Below, one piece after another: positions 18,631 through 29,312 of a stretch of 64,000 bases of DNA. The stretch covers positions 3,360,001-3,424,000 of the forward strand of contig CAVTTN010000002.1 in NCBI GenBank assembly GCA_963737655.1, given 5' to 3'. The stretch's first letter is position 1. Every line of letters begins with the position of its first letter. The notes beneath the pieces were generated by a model. That model was not told the DNA's origin. It was given only the letters and a program-made list of their open reading frames with translations, and made no database searches. Position numbers and translations under genes: made by a program. The stretch is from an uncultured Planctomycetota bacterium. Its GTDB lineage: Bacteria; Planctomycetota; Planctomycetia; Isosphaerales; Isosphaeraceae.

Positions 18631-21102
18631 TCACTTGGTCGGCGCTCCGAGCTCGCGGAGCAGCGTCTCCGGCTCCTCGCGGTCCTCGGGATCGGCGGCG
18701 AGCTTGAGGGCCTCCGTCGCATCGGCGATCGCCGCCTTGCGGTCGCCCCGGGCCTTGTGGACCCTGGCCCGCAGGAGATGGCAGCCATACGGCCAGCCCG
18801 CGTCTTCGGGAGAAAGACGGACGGCCGAATCGGCATCCTTCAGGGCCGATTGGAGATCGTTCCCGTCGAGGGAAAGCTCCGCCCGGCTGTAGAAGGGCTG
18901 GGCGGCTGCCATCTTGAGGCCGACGTATCCGTTGAACTCGCCGAAGCTGGTCTTCACCGGCTGGATCGACGCGACGGGGACCGGTCCTCCCGGCCTTGTG
19001 AGGCTCCCGAGGTGCTCGATCGCCCGTCCGTAATCGGCCAGGGCCCGGGGCCGGTCCTTCCGGCTCTCGAACGCCTTGGCCCGGATGGAATAGCCGAGCG
19101 GGTCGACCGGGTCGAGCCGGATGGCCTCGGTGGCATCGGCGATCGCGCCGGCCCAGTCCTCCGCATTCACCCGGACAGAGGCTCGTGAGAGGAAAACTTG
19201 AGGGTCTCCCGGCCGAAGCTGGACGGCCCGGTTCAGTGAGGCCAGGGCTTCGGCGAGGTTTTCGGTGTCGTTCAGCATGAGGCCCCGAACCATGTGCGCA
19301 TGGCCCGATTCGGGATGCCTGGCGACCAGGTCGTCGACCATCTTGCGACGAGCCTTCGGCTCGTCGGGCCTGAGCGAGCGCTCCATCAGCATGAGTTCGC
19401 CCAGGATCAGTTGCGGATCGGCAAGGATGGCCTTCTTCAGCTCGCGTTCGCCTTCCTCGATTCGTCCCACTCGTGTGAGGAGGTAGGCCCGGAACATCGC
19501 CGCAAGGCCATTTTGAGGCTTGAGCTTGAGGGCCTGTTCCATGTCGGCAATGGCCTCTCGGTCCTGGCCCTTCTGCATAAAGGCATTGCCCCGATTGAAG
19601 TAGGAGGCAAAGGCCAGGTCCCCGCCGGCCAGGATCGCGGCCGTGAAATCCTCGATCGCCCGGTCGTATTCGCCTCGGGCGGTGTACGTCTTGCCCCTCG
19701 CCTCGCGGGTCGTCGCGCGGTCAGGTGCGATGCGAAGGGCTTCGTTGAAGTCGGCGAGGGCCGCGTCGTAGTCCCGGAGGGCCGAGTAGCTCTTTCCGCG
19801 GTCTTCCAGGGCCCGGGCGCGGTCGGGGAACCCGGCGGCGAGGCACTCGCCGAACTGTTCGACGGCGCGCCGATGGTCGTTCAACCTCGCCAGCCAGTAG
19901 CCACGGCCCTGGAACAGGAAAGGGGAGCGGGAACCGAGCCGCTCCGCCTCGTCGAACGCCGAGAGGGCCGAGCGGAAGTCCTGCTTTGCGAGCAAGACCG
20001 CCCCCCGGCCAAGGTAGCCATCGGGCCGTTCCGGCTGGCAACGGATCGCCCGATCGAAGGTGGAGAGGGCGACGTCCCATCGTTTGGCATCGCGGAGGAT
20101 CTCTCCGAGGATCATGAGGTTCATGAACTCTTCGGGGTCGAGCCGGACAGCCTCCTCCGCATCGGGGATCGCCTCGTCTCGTCGTTTCGCCATCAACTTC
20201 GCCCACGCCCTCCGGCTGAGGGCCCAGGCCCTCGACTTGTCATTCTTGGCCAGCTCCAGCAACGAATCGAGACGAGCGATCGCGTCGTCGAATCGTTTCT
20301 GCCCGATTGCCTCGTCGGCCTCATACGCGAGGCGATTCGCCTGATCCTCCAACGAGGGAACGGAGGCCCGGACAAGGCCCTTCAGCCCGGGGGGCTGGAG
20401 TTCGGCCATCGACAGGGGCCTCGGGAAATTCGGGGCCAAGTCGTCTCGGGGGCCTCGCGTCCTGGGCCCTTCCACGATCTCGTAGATGGCCTTCGTGCTG
20501 TTGGGCGTCCCGCCCTCGACCAGGCGGACCTGCGCCTGCTCGTACCCCTTCTCCTCGTACATCCTCTGGATCGAGCTGGCGGCCAGGATCGACCTGACGT
20601 AGTCGGCCCTCGCGTCCTTCTTGACGCCGGTGGTCTGTTCCACGTCCTTGATCTTGAGCCTGGTCATCCCTCGGAACTCGACCTGGCGGAGGATCGGGGC
20701 CTCGGTCAGGGCGAAGATCAGGATCACCCCGGGGCGGTCCGGGTCCTTCTTCGTGGATGGCCGGATGTCCGAGAACCAGCCGGTCTTGACGAGGCTCTGG
20801 ACATCGGAATCGACGGTCGGGCCGTCCATTTCGCGGCCCTTGCGGGACTTCAGCTTCGAGAGGACGTCCTTCTCCTCGATCGTGGTAAGCCCTTCGAGAA
20901 CGATCCGGGTGATGGTCCCGGTCGCGGCCAGGGCCTCCGGCGCCTGGACGGCCGTCGGCGCCACCTGGACCTCGGCGGCCTGACCGACGGAGGGGACGAC
21001 GCGATCTTGCCCTCGGGCGTCCGCCCACATCGTCGAGGCCAGGACGATCGACAGGGCCGAGGCCCGGCAGAGAGGAACCACTCGTCGGCGGCATCCGGCC
21101 AT
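18631..21102 (-). CDS. Exported protein with two POTRA domains and a long TPR array, no beta-barrel
   Basis: Signal-like N-terminus; I..I.LEG..DVQSLVKTGWFSDI and V.FRG..MYEEKGY POTRA patterns; repeated RG..Y..AI.DF..A...P TPR units. Confidence 0.8.
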   Translation of the reverse strand: MAGCRRRVVPLCRASALSIVLASTMWADARGQDRVVPSVGQAAEVQVAPTAVQAPEALAATGTITRIVLEGLTTIEEKDVLSKLKSRKGREMDGPTVDSDVQSLVKTGWFSDIRPSTKKDPDRPGVILIFALTEAPILRQVEFRGMTRLKIKDVEQTTGVKKDARADYVRSILAASSIQRMYEEKGYEQAQVRLVEGGTPNSTKAIYEIVEGPRTRGPRDDLAPNFPRPLSMAELQPPGLKGLVRASVPSLEDQANRLAYEADEAIGQKRFDDAIARLDSLLELAKNDKSRAWALSRRAWAKLMAKRRDEAIPDAEEAVRLDPEEFMNLMILGEILRDAKRWDVALSTFDRAIRCQPERPDGYLGRGAVLLAKQDFRSALSAFDEAERLGSRSPFLFQGRGYWLARLNDHRRAVEQFGECLAAGFPDRARALEDRGKSYSALRDYDAALADFNEALRIAPDRATTREARGKTYTARGEYDRAIEDFTAAILAGGDLAFASYFNRGNAFMQKGQDREAIADMEQALKLKPQNGLAAMFRAYLLTRVGRIEEGERELKKAILADPQLILGELMLMERSLRPDEPKARRKMVDDLVARHPESGHAHMVRGLMLNDTENLAEALASLNRAVQLRPGDPQVFLSRASVRVNAEDWAGAIADATEAIRLDPVDPLGYSIRAKAFESRKDRPRALADYGRAIEHLGSLTRPGGPVPVASIQPVKTSFGEFNGYVGLKMAAAQPFYSRAELSLDGNDLQSALKDADSAVRLSPEDAGWPYGCHLLRARVHKARGDRKAAIADATEALKLAADPEDREEPETLLRELGAPTK

Positions 21103-21186
21103 CGTCGCGCCTCCGGCTCGAATCAGGATTTTCGACGGATCGAGGTATACCTATCTCGCATGGACCCGATTTCGTCAACGTCAACG

Positions 21187-22035
21187 TCAACCGACGGTCG
21201 GCCTCCGCCCCGCCAGGTTCACTCCGTTGCCCTGGCCTTCGTGGTAGAAGACCTGCCCTTGCGAGACATCGGTCACGTCGATCAGGCCCGCTTCGACGAA
21301 CCATCCGGCGACTTCTTCCCGAGTGTGCCGGCTGAGATATTTGGGGGCGTACCAGTCCAGGGTGTCGCAGACGCGGACCTCGGGATCGGGGTGCATCGAG
21401 ACGCCGATGGTCAGCAGGTTCAGGGCGACTCCCAGTCGCGCCACCAGCCGGTTCTTGCTCAGGATCAGCCTTCGCTTGATCCCGCCGATCGGGGCCGTCA
21501 GGCGGCTCAGGGCCATCAGGACACTCAGGGGGAGCCGGGTCGAGACGGCCCGGTGGGCGTTCATGATCGCTTCGAGGGCGGGCCGTTCCTTCGGGTAGAG
21601 CCAGACGACGATCCGCCCTCCCGGCTTCAGCAATCGGACCAGGCCGAGGAACGCCCGGCGGGGGTCGGGCGTGTGGTCGAGCACCCCGAGCGAGTAGATG
21701 TGATCGAAGGAACCGGCGGCGAACGGCAGGCGGAGCAGGTCTCCCTGGACGATTCCCACCCCGGGGAACTCGGCGGTGAGGTCTCGCGCGGCGACCACGG
21801 CCTTGCTCAGGTCCAGGCCGACGACCTTCGCGCCTCCCTCGGCCGCGACCCGCAGGTATCGGCCCATCCCGCATCCGGCGTCGAGCACGACCGACCCGGC
21901 GAGTTCCTCGGGGGCGAGCCCGGTCCGGTTTCGGAAGGTGGCGCGGTCTTCCTCGGGGCGGAGGATGCGGAACTTGTTCCACTGGAGCGAGTAGGCGGAG
22001 ATGGTCCGGGCCTGATTGGTCGTTTGGGCGTTCAC
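21187..22035 (-). CDS. Class I SAM-dependent methyltransferase
   Basis: VLDAGCGMGR, GLDLS, FDHIYSLGVL; GTGA overlap with the tsaB stop. Confidence 0.88.
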   Translation of the reverse strand: MNAQTTNQARTISAYSLQWNKFRILRPEEDRATFRNRTGLAPEELAGSVVLDAGCGMGRYLRVAAEGGAKVVGLDLSKAVVAARDLTAEFPGVGIVQGDLLRLPFAAGSFDHIYSLGVLDHTPDPRRAFLGLVRLLKPGGRIVVWLYPKERPALEAIMNAHRAVSTRLPLSVLMALSRLTAPIGGIKRRLILSKNRLVARLGVALNLLTIGVSMHPDPEVRVCDTLDWYAPKYLSRHTREEVAGWFVEAGLIDVTDVSQGQVFYHEGQGNGVNLAGRRPTVG

Positions 22036-22691
22036 CGGCGGGCCTCCCACTGGTCCTCGGCGGCGCTCCGGCGGAGGTAGACCGGCTCCAGGGTCCAGAC
22101 CTCGGCGAACTGGCCGGCTCGGGCGGCTTCGAGGGCGAGTTCCAGCAAGGGCCGAGGCGAGGGGAGGTCGATGGCCGGGTCGGCGGCCCGGATTTTCGAC
22201 GCCCCGGGGCCGATCAGGGTCGTCGAGGGATCGAGACGGGCGACGAGATCGGTCGCGGCCTCGATCCGGGTCGGGCCGAGGCGGACGGGCGGGGCCTGGG
22301 GGGATTCTCGGAGGAATTCGGCGACGTGGAGGTCGCCCCTCTGGGCGTCGGAGGCCACGACGAGCCGGAGAGGGCCGGTCGGGGCCCCTCGGGCGACGAT
22401 GTCGAGGCTGTCCAGGCCGATCACGGGCCGGTTCAGGGCGTAGGCGAGGACCTTCGCGGCCGTGACGCCCACCCGCAGCCCGGTGTACGACCCGGGGCCG
22501 AGGCCAACGGCCAGGTACTCCAGGTCGCCCGGGCGCATCTCGGCGTCTTTCAACAGGTTGTGAATCGTGGGCAGGAGCGATCGGCCGAGCCGGGTGGCCG
22601 GGTCGGTCACGGCGAGAAACGAGGCGCCGTCGGTCCTATGAAGGGCGAGGGCCGCGACGGGGGTCGAGGTGTCGAGGGCCAGGAGGTTCAT
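22032..22691 (-). CDS. tsaB: tRNA t6A biosynthesis protein TsaB
   Basis: LLALDTST, GPGSYTGLRVG, DAQRG, EPVYLR. Confidence 0.93.
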   Translation of the reverse strand: MNLLALDTSTPVAALALHRTDGASFLAVTDPATRLGRSLLPTIHNLLKDAEMRPGDLEYLAVGLGPGSYTGLRVGVTAAKVLAYALNRPVIGLDSLDIVARGAPTGPLRLVVASDAQRGDLHVAEFLRESPQAPPVRLGPTRIEAATDLVARLDPSTTLIGPGASKIRAADPAIDLPSPRPLLELALEAARAGQFAEVWTLEPVYLRRSAAEDQWEARR

Positions 22692-22747
22692 CGGGCGGCT
22701 CCGGCCGGATAACCCGGCGAGGGACGTCCCGAGGCGCTGGCTTGGCC

Positions 22748-22777
22748 TTGACCCTTTCGGCAGACTGGAATTAGAGT
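22748..22777 (+). promoter_or_regulatory. Putative sigma70 promoter of the phosphoesterase-yidC-mnmE unit
   Basis: TTGACC-18 nt-TAGAGT. Confidence 0.45.
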
Positions 22778-22846
22778 AAAGGTCTGAATTCCCGGCTGCC
22801 GTCGGCCTCGATCCGCGCCCCGCCCTTTCGTTCGGAGGTCCCCCCG

Positions 22847-23671
22847 GTGCGTCGCGCGTTGATTAGCGATATCCACGGGAACCTCGAGGCGCTGGAAGTC
22901 GTCCTGGACGACATCAAGAAGCAGGGGATCACCGAGATTTACTGCCTGGGGGACATCATCGGCTACGGGCCGAACCCCCGGGAATGCATCGATTTGGTGA
23001 TGGAGCATTGCAGCGTCTCCCTGCTGGGCAATCACGATCAGGGGGCCCTGTTCGACCCCGACGGGTTCAACATCGGCGCCGAACGCGCCATCTTCTGGAC
23101 CCGCGAGCAGCTGGAGAGCGCCCACGACCGGGCCAACAACGAGAAGCGGTGGGAGTTCCTCGGCGAATTGCCCCGGACCCATCGGCTCAACGCCTTCCTG
23201 TTCGTCCACGGGTCGCCGCGAAACCCCCTGAGCGAGTATATCTTCCCCGAGGACATCTACAACCAGAGGAAGATGGAGCGGCTGTTCCAGCTCGTCGAGA
23301 AATACTGCTTCCAGGGGCATACGCACGTCCCGGGGGTGTTCACCGAGGGGTATCAGTTCTTCCCGCCCGAGGAGATCGACCACGAGTATACCCTGGGCGA
23401 CGGCAAGGTCATGATCAACGTCGGGTCGGTGGGCCAGCCCCGGGACGGCGACCCTCGGGCCTGCTACGTGATCCTCGACGACGGCAAGTCCCGCGAGTCG
23501 TTCGACACGATCGTGGCCGACTCCAGCGCGTCCGATCTCGGTCGGCCGAGCGGCCCGGTCCGGGTCACGTTCCGTCGCCTGCCGTATGACCTGGAATCGA
23601 CGATCAAGAAGATCTACGCCATCCCCGAGCTCGAACCCTTCCTCGGCGACCGCCTCCGCCAGGGCCGCTGA
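22847..23671 (+). CDS. Calcineurin-like metallophosphoesterase
   Basis: [33 protein letters not shown]. Confidence 0.92.
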   Translation: MRRALISDIHGNLEALEVVLDDIKKQGITEIYCLGDIIGYGPNPRECIDLVMEHCSVSLLGNHDQGALFDPDGFNIGAERAIFWTREQLESAHDRANNEKRWEFLGELPRTHRLNAFLFVHGSPRNPLSEYIFPEDIYNQRKMERLFQLVEKYCFQGHTHVPGVFTEGYQFFPPEEIDHEYTLGDGKVMINVGSVGQPRDGDPRACYVILDDGKSRESFDTIVADSSASDLGRPSGPVRVTFRRLPYDLESTIKKIYAIPELEPFLGDRLRQGR

Positions 23672-23716
23672 TCGCGCCGGCCTCGGCCCCCCTCCCTCCC
23701 CGAGATCCCCTCTTCG

Positions 23717-25899
23717 ATGAGCACCGAGAAGCGAACCGTCCTGCTGATCGCCCTGTGTTTCGCCTGGTTCTGGGCGCGAGCTACCTGATGGGCAAGCTCG
23801 GCTGGCTCCAGAAGCCCGCCGCGAAGCCGCCGGCCATCGAGGCGGAGGCCGAGCCCGGTCAAGCCGAGACGAAGAACGGGGAGCCCGGGACCGAGAAGGC
23901 CGAGGCCGCCGCCCCGGAACCGGCTGCACCCGAGGCCGGGAAGACCCCGCCCGGGCCCGTCGCCGTCGAGGACAAGGAGCTCGTCCTCGGCTCGCTCGAC
24001 AAGGACTCCGGCTACAACCTTCGCACCAGTCTCTCCCAGGCCGGCGCGGGCGTCGCCTCGATCGAGCTCGGCGCCCACCAGGCCGAACGCAAGGACGGCC
24101 AGAAGACGCGCGAACCCCTCCAGATCATCCAGCCCGACCCGTTCGTTCCCCCGTCCTTCTCGCTCGACCTGATCTCCGTGACCGAGGTCTCCTCCCGCAA
24201 GGAATACAAGCCGGCGGCCGGGCTCGATACCCGGCTCTGGGAGGTCGTCCGCGACGCCCAGGGCCGGATCGTCCGCCCGGTTCTGAACGCCGACGGGAAG
24301 GAGAACGGCCAGGAGGTCGTCTTCCGGGCGACCGTCGATGAGCCCCCTCTGACGATCACCAAGACCTTCCGCCTGGACAAGGGGGCCGACGGCCTGAAGC
24401 TCGGCCTCGGCTTCGCCAGTCCCGGCGCCGAGAGGAAGGTCGTCTACACGCTCAACGGGCCCCACGGCCTGCCGATCGAGGGGGAATGGTACACGAGCGT
24501 CTTCCGAGAAGTCTTCATCGGCCAGGTCAGCGGGAATTCCACGACGCTCGCCACCCGTCTGGCCAACGACATCGTCAAGAAGGCGAACGACCCGGAACGG
24601 TTCCTCACGCTCCCCCTGAAATTCGCGGGGGTCGAGAACCAGTACTTTGCCGTCTTCTTCGAGCCCGATCCGATCGCCTCGACCGAGGAAGCCCGCGTCG
24701 ACGAGGAGACCGTGCCGACGGTCGTGGCGACCCACGCGGTCGATAAGCAGAAGTCGGACGTCTCGGTGGCGATGACCTCCCGGCCGGTCGAGGTCGGCCC
24801 GAATCATCCGGCGGAGCAGGCGTTCAAGATCTTCGCCGGACCGAAGACCGACGAGGCGCTCAAGCCCTATGGGGCCGAGGACCTGGCCACCTATCGCAAG
24901 TCCTGGTGGACGATCCCCGGCGCGGCCATGCTCTCCCGGGGCGTGATCGCCCCCCTGCTCGATCGCATCTACGCGCTCACGGCGAACGTCTCCGCGTGGT
25001 TCGGCGGCAAGCGAGGCAGCTACGGCATCGCCATCATCTTGCTGACGATCACCGTCCGCCTGATGCTCTTCCCGCTGAGCCGCAAGCAGGCGATCTCCGC
25101 CAAGAAGATGCAGGACCTTCAGCCCGCCATCACTGCTCTGAAGGAGAAGTACAAGGACGACAAGGAGAGGTTCGCCAAGGAGCAGTTCGCCCTGTTCAAG
25201 AGGCACGGGGTGAACCCCCTGGGCGGCTGCCTCCTCGGGATCATCCAGTTGCCGATCTTCGTCGGGCTCTGGCAGGCGCTCAATAACAGCGTGGCCCTGC
25301 GGCACGCGCCGTTCCTCTGGATCGACAACCTCGCCGCGCCCGACATGCTGTTCAAGTTCCCGATCGACGTACCGTTCCTGGGCATGTACTTCAACCTCCT
25401 GCCGTTCGCCGTGATGGGGTTGATGCTCATCCAGACGAAGCTCTTTGCCCCGCCCGCCACGACGCCCGACCAGGAAATGACCCAGAAGATGATGAAATAC
25501 ATGATGGTCTTCATGGCCTTCATGTTCTACAAGGTCCCCTCGGGCCTGGGGATCTATTTCATCACGAGCAGCTCCTGGGCGATCTGCGAGCGCCTGCTCC
25601 TGCCGAAGATGATCAAGGCGAAGGCGATCAAGCCCGAGGAAGAAGACCCGGACTTCGGCGGCCCCGGCGGCCCGAAGGCCAAGCCCGCCCCCGACGGCAA
25701 GGGCAACGGCAACGGCAATAACAACGGCAACGGACCCAAGCCCGGCAAGGGCGGCTGGCTCGACCGCTTGAAGGAGAAGGCCGAGCAGATGGCGTCCGAA
25801 GCCTCCAAGGATCGCACGGTCCGCAACGTCCCGGCCGAGAAGGACCGCGATCGCGACCGTGGCAATCGTCCCCGGCCCAAGCCCGGCCGACGTCGCTAA
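23717..25899 (+). CDS. yidC: Membrane protein insertase YidC (apparent 1-nt deletion at GGG 23772-23774)
   Basis: MSTEKRTVLL start; YGIAIILLTITVR, KMQDLQP, NPLGGCL, FLWIDNL, PSGLGIYF. Confidence 0.93.
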
Positions 25900-25975
25900 T
25901 CGGCGATCCTGAATGGGGTGGGTTCCGTGGTAAGCCCCGGCGGATGTCCCGACGTCCCGGCGGTCGATCCGAACC

Positions 25976-27309
25976 ATGCTCGCGCTCGACCCCACCGACA
26001 CCATCGCCGCCATCGCCAGTCCCCCGGGCCCGTCGGCCCGCGGGATCGTCCGGGTGGGCGGCCCGGATTCGTGGCGGATCGTCGAGGCGATCCTTGAGGC
26101 GAACGGCCCCTGTCAGCGCCCAGCGACCCCCTCTCGCGTCGAGGGTCGGCTCCGGGTGGATGGTCTGAGAAATCGCGTGCCGGGATCGGTCGCGTTCTGG
26201 CCCGGCCCCCGGTCGTTCACCGGTGGCCCGGTGGCCGAGTTTCACCTGGTCGGGTCGGCTCCGATCCTCGAAAGCCTCCTCGCAACGTGTCTCCGCCTCG
26301 GGGCCGGAGGGCCGAGCCCGGGGAGTTCACCCTCCGGGCGTTCCTTTCGGGACGAATCGACCTGACGGGGGCGGAGGCCGTCCTCGGCGTGATCGAGGCG
26401 GCTTCGCCCCGCGCCCTCCAGGCCGCCCTGGAGCAGATGGCCGGCGGGATCGCCGGGCCGATCGGGCGGCTCCGCGAACGATTGCTCGACCTCCTCGCCC
26501 ATGTGGAGGCCGGGCTCGACTTCGTGGACGAGTCGGACGTGGACGAGATCGGCCGATTGGCCCTGGCTCGCGAGCTGGCCGAAGCGTCCGAGGAGGTCCG
26601 GCGCCTCGGCCGATCGCTGTCCTCTCGCGACCGACCCGAGGCCCGGCCCAGGGTCGTCCTGGTCGGCCCTCCGAACGCGGGCAAGAGCCGGCTGTTCAAT
26701 GCCCTGCTCGGCCGGAACGCCGCGATCGTCTCGCCAATTGCAGGCACGACCCGCGACTATCTCTCGGGTCCGTGCGAGTGCGACGGGATGATCGTCGACC
26801 TGATCGACACCGCCGGCATCGAAGACGGCCGATCCGAGATCGAGGCCAGCGCGCAGCGGCTCCGTCAGTGGAAACTGGATGAGGCCGACCTAGCCCTGGT
26901 CTGCTCGGACTCGTCCGACGGCCCCGCGATCGGGGTTTCGACCCGAATCCTCCGGGTCCTCACAAAATCAGACCTCGCCCCGACCCTCGAGGCCGAGGAA
27001 GGCGTGATCGCCACGAGCGCCGAGACCGGCGACGGCCTGGGCGTCCTGCGATCGCGGATCGCGGACGCCCTTCGCGAGGCCCCGGGCGACCCGTCGGCCG
27101 TCCTCGGGACCGCCGCGAGGTGCCGGGATGCCCTGGAACGGGCCGGCGACGCCTTGCAATCGGCCTCGTCCGCCGTGACACTGGGCGGCGATGAACTCGT
27201 CGCGATCGACGTCCGCCGGGCCCTCGACGACCTCGGCCGGGTCGTCGGCGCGGTCGTCACCGAGGACGTCCTCGACCGGATCTTCCGCCGGTTTTGCGTC
27301 GGGAAATGA
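25976..27309 (+). CDS. mnmE: tRNA modification GTPase MnmE (apparent 1-nt deletion near 26304)
   Basis: DTIAAIASP, PRSFTG, AEPGEFTLRAFLSGRIDL, GPPNAGKS, GTTRD, DTAG, FCVGK; split over two frames. Confidence 0.93.
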
Positions 27310-27357
27310 AAGAATGATCCTCAAATTGCGCCACGAGACGCCGGAGCGGCCTTTCCG

Positions 27358-27831
27358 ATGATCCGTCGAACGGCCGGACTCTGGGCGTTGGTCCTCGCCG
27401 GAGTCCTCGTGATCGCCGGATCGCTCTACGACCTCCTCGTCCCCACGGTACCGGGCAATCACCTGGCCTATCTCGGAGTTGCCGAAGGCTCGCTCGACCC
27501 GCGTTTCGCCGAGCTGGACCTGGCGATGCTCCGGTCGATCGGCGGCTGCCTGATGGCCATCGGGATCACCACCCTGGTGCTGGTCTGCGGCCCGATCCGT
27601 CGAGGGGAGACCTGGGCGCGGGTCGCGGTCGTCGTGCTCGTGACGATCTCCGAGGGGAATAATGCCTATCGGATGTATCGTTTCGGCTCGCCCTGGTACG
27701 GGCCGCTCGGCTTCGCGGTCCTGGCCATCGTCGGCGCGGCCCTCGCCGGCCCCGGACCGAGGCCCGGTGGGGGGATGGAGGCCCGGCCAGCCCGGGGGGT
27801 CGCCGACGCGGAAAGCCGCGTTGCGGTGTGA
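27358..27831 (+). CDS. Hypothetical 4-TM membrane protein
   Basis: Four hydrophobic segments; colinear with neighbours. Confidence 0.65.
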   Translation: MIRRTAGLWALVLAGVLVIAGSLYDLLVPTVPGNHLAYLGVAEGSLDPRFAELDLAMLRSIGGCLMAIGITTLVLVCGPIRRGETWARVAVVVLVTISEGNNAYRMYRFGSPWYGPLGFAVLAIVGAALAGPGPRPGGGMEARPARGVADAESRVAV

Positions 27832-27938
27832 TCGCAGGGTCGGGGCCGCGTCCTCCGAGGTTGTTCGAGGGGATCGAGTGTTTCCCGTTCGAATCGGCGA
27901 CGACCTCGGCTCCAGATGGTCTGTGGGGGAAATCGGCC

Positions 27939-28894
27939 ATGGCGCGGGTCATCGTGCTCGGATCGAGCGGTTTTGACCTGACGATCCGCTTGCCCCGACT
28001 GCCTCAACCGGGCGAGACCTTGCTCGGCGGGACCCTGCACACCGGGCCTGGCGGCAAGGGGGCGAATTCGGCGGTGGCGGCGCGTCGGGCCGGGGCGGAG
28101 GTCGTGTTCCTCTCGGCGTTCGGCGACGACGATTTCGGCCGGCAGGTCTACGACAACGCCCGTCGCGAGGGGCTGGACCTCGGCCACTCGCGGACGTTCG
28201 CCAACGCGGCCAATCAGGTGGCCTTGATCTTCGTCGGCCAGGACGGCCGCAACCTGATCGGCGTGGCGCCCGGGGCCAGCGGCTCGCTCTCTCCCGAGGA
28301 CATCGACCGCCTCCCCGAATTCGTGTTCGAGCCGTCCGCGGTCTTCCTCGCGAGCCTGGAAGTCCCCCTGGAGACCGTCGCCCGCGGCCTGGAGCGGGCT
28401 TCCCGGGCCGGGATGACCACGATCCTCAACCCCGCGCCCGCCGATCGCCGATTGCTTCAGGCCGACATCCTCCGATATGTATCGATCCTCACGCCAAACC
28501 AGGAGGAGGCCCGAGGGCTGACCGGACTCCCGGCCGATTGGCTGACCGAGGCGGAGGAGGCGGCGAACGCCCTGATCGGCCTCGGGGCGAACGACGTGGT
28601 GTTGACTTTGGGCGAATCGGGCTGCCTGGTGGTCGCGGGAGGTCGGTCGGCCCACGTTCCGGCGGTCCCGGTGGACGTGGTGGACACCGTCGGCGCCGGC
28701 GACGCCTTCAACGGGGCGCTCGCCGTGGCCCTGGCCGAGGGGAAATCGCTCCTCGACGCCGCCCGATGGGCCTGCGCCGCCGGCGCCTTCGCCGTGACCC
28801 GGCCCGGCGCCCAGGGGCGCTGCCCACCCGCGAAGAGATCGGGCGGCTCGCCACGATTCCCGCCGTGGAGGATCGAGATGAATCGTCCTCTTGA
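27939..28894 (+). CDS. rbsK: Ribokinase (apparent 1-nt deletion at GGGG 28814-28817)
   Basis: GGKGAN, ILNPAP, PNQEEA, VDTVGAGDAFNG; the C-terminal GAQ-ALPTREEI is restored by adding one G. Confidence 0.88.
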
Positions 28895-29216
28895 AACGTC
28901 CGAATCGATGGAGTTCCCCGGCCCCGGCCCTCCCGTGGCGAGGAGCGCCTTCGTTGCGGCGGGACTTTTCGCCTCGGTGGCGGTCCTGGCGGCGAAGGCG
29001 ATCGCGACATGGCTGGACCCGTGGTCCGATCATGCCCATGCCCCCGCGAGGCTCCTGGGTCGGGACATCGGCGGCAGACTGGGATTGCTCCTTTACGGTT
29101 ACTTCGTGGCCGGGGTGGCCGGCCTGATCGCCCGGCGAGACTGGCGGCGGCGGCCGTCAATCTGGGCGGTGGTCGTCCTGTCGATCCTGGCCGTGTATCA
29201 TGCGTTTTTGCCTTGA
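28878..29216 (+). CDS. Small 3-TM hypothetical protein
   Basis: GGAGG RBS before ATG 28878; fused to rbsK in the ORF track only because of the frameshift. Confidence 0.55.
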   Translation: MNRPLETSESMEFPGPGPPVARSAFVAAGLFASVAVLAAKAIATWLDPWSDHAHAPARLLGRDIGGRLGLLLYGYFVAGVAGLIARRDWRRRPSIWAVVVLSILAVYHAFLP

Positions 29217-29312
29217 ACGGTCGCGATCGCCGACCCGGGCCGCTCGGGCCGGGCCCGTCGCGACCAGCGCCCGCTCGGCGGACGGCTCGCCGGGCCCTGA
29301 CGATGGGGAGCG

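Noticed and set aside
27828..29216. Ribokinase-membrane domain fusion (462 aa in the ORF track)
   Set aside because: Artifact of the deletion at 28814-28817; the proper RbsK C-terminus and stop are in the other frame, and the membrane ORF has its own RBS
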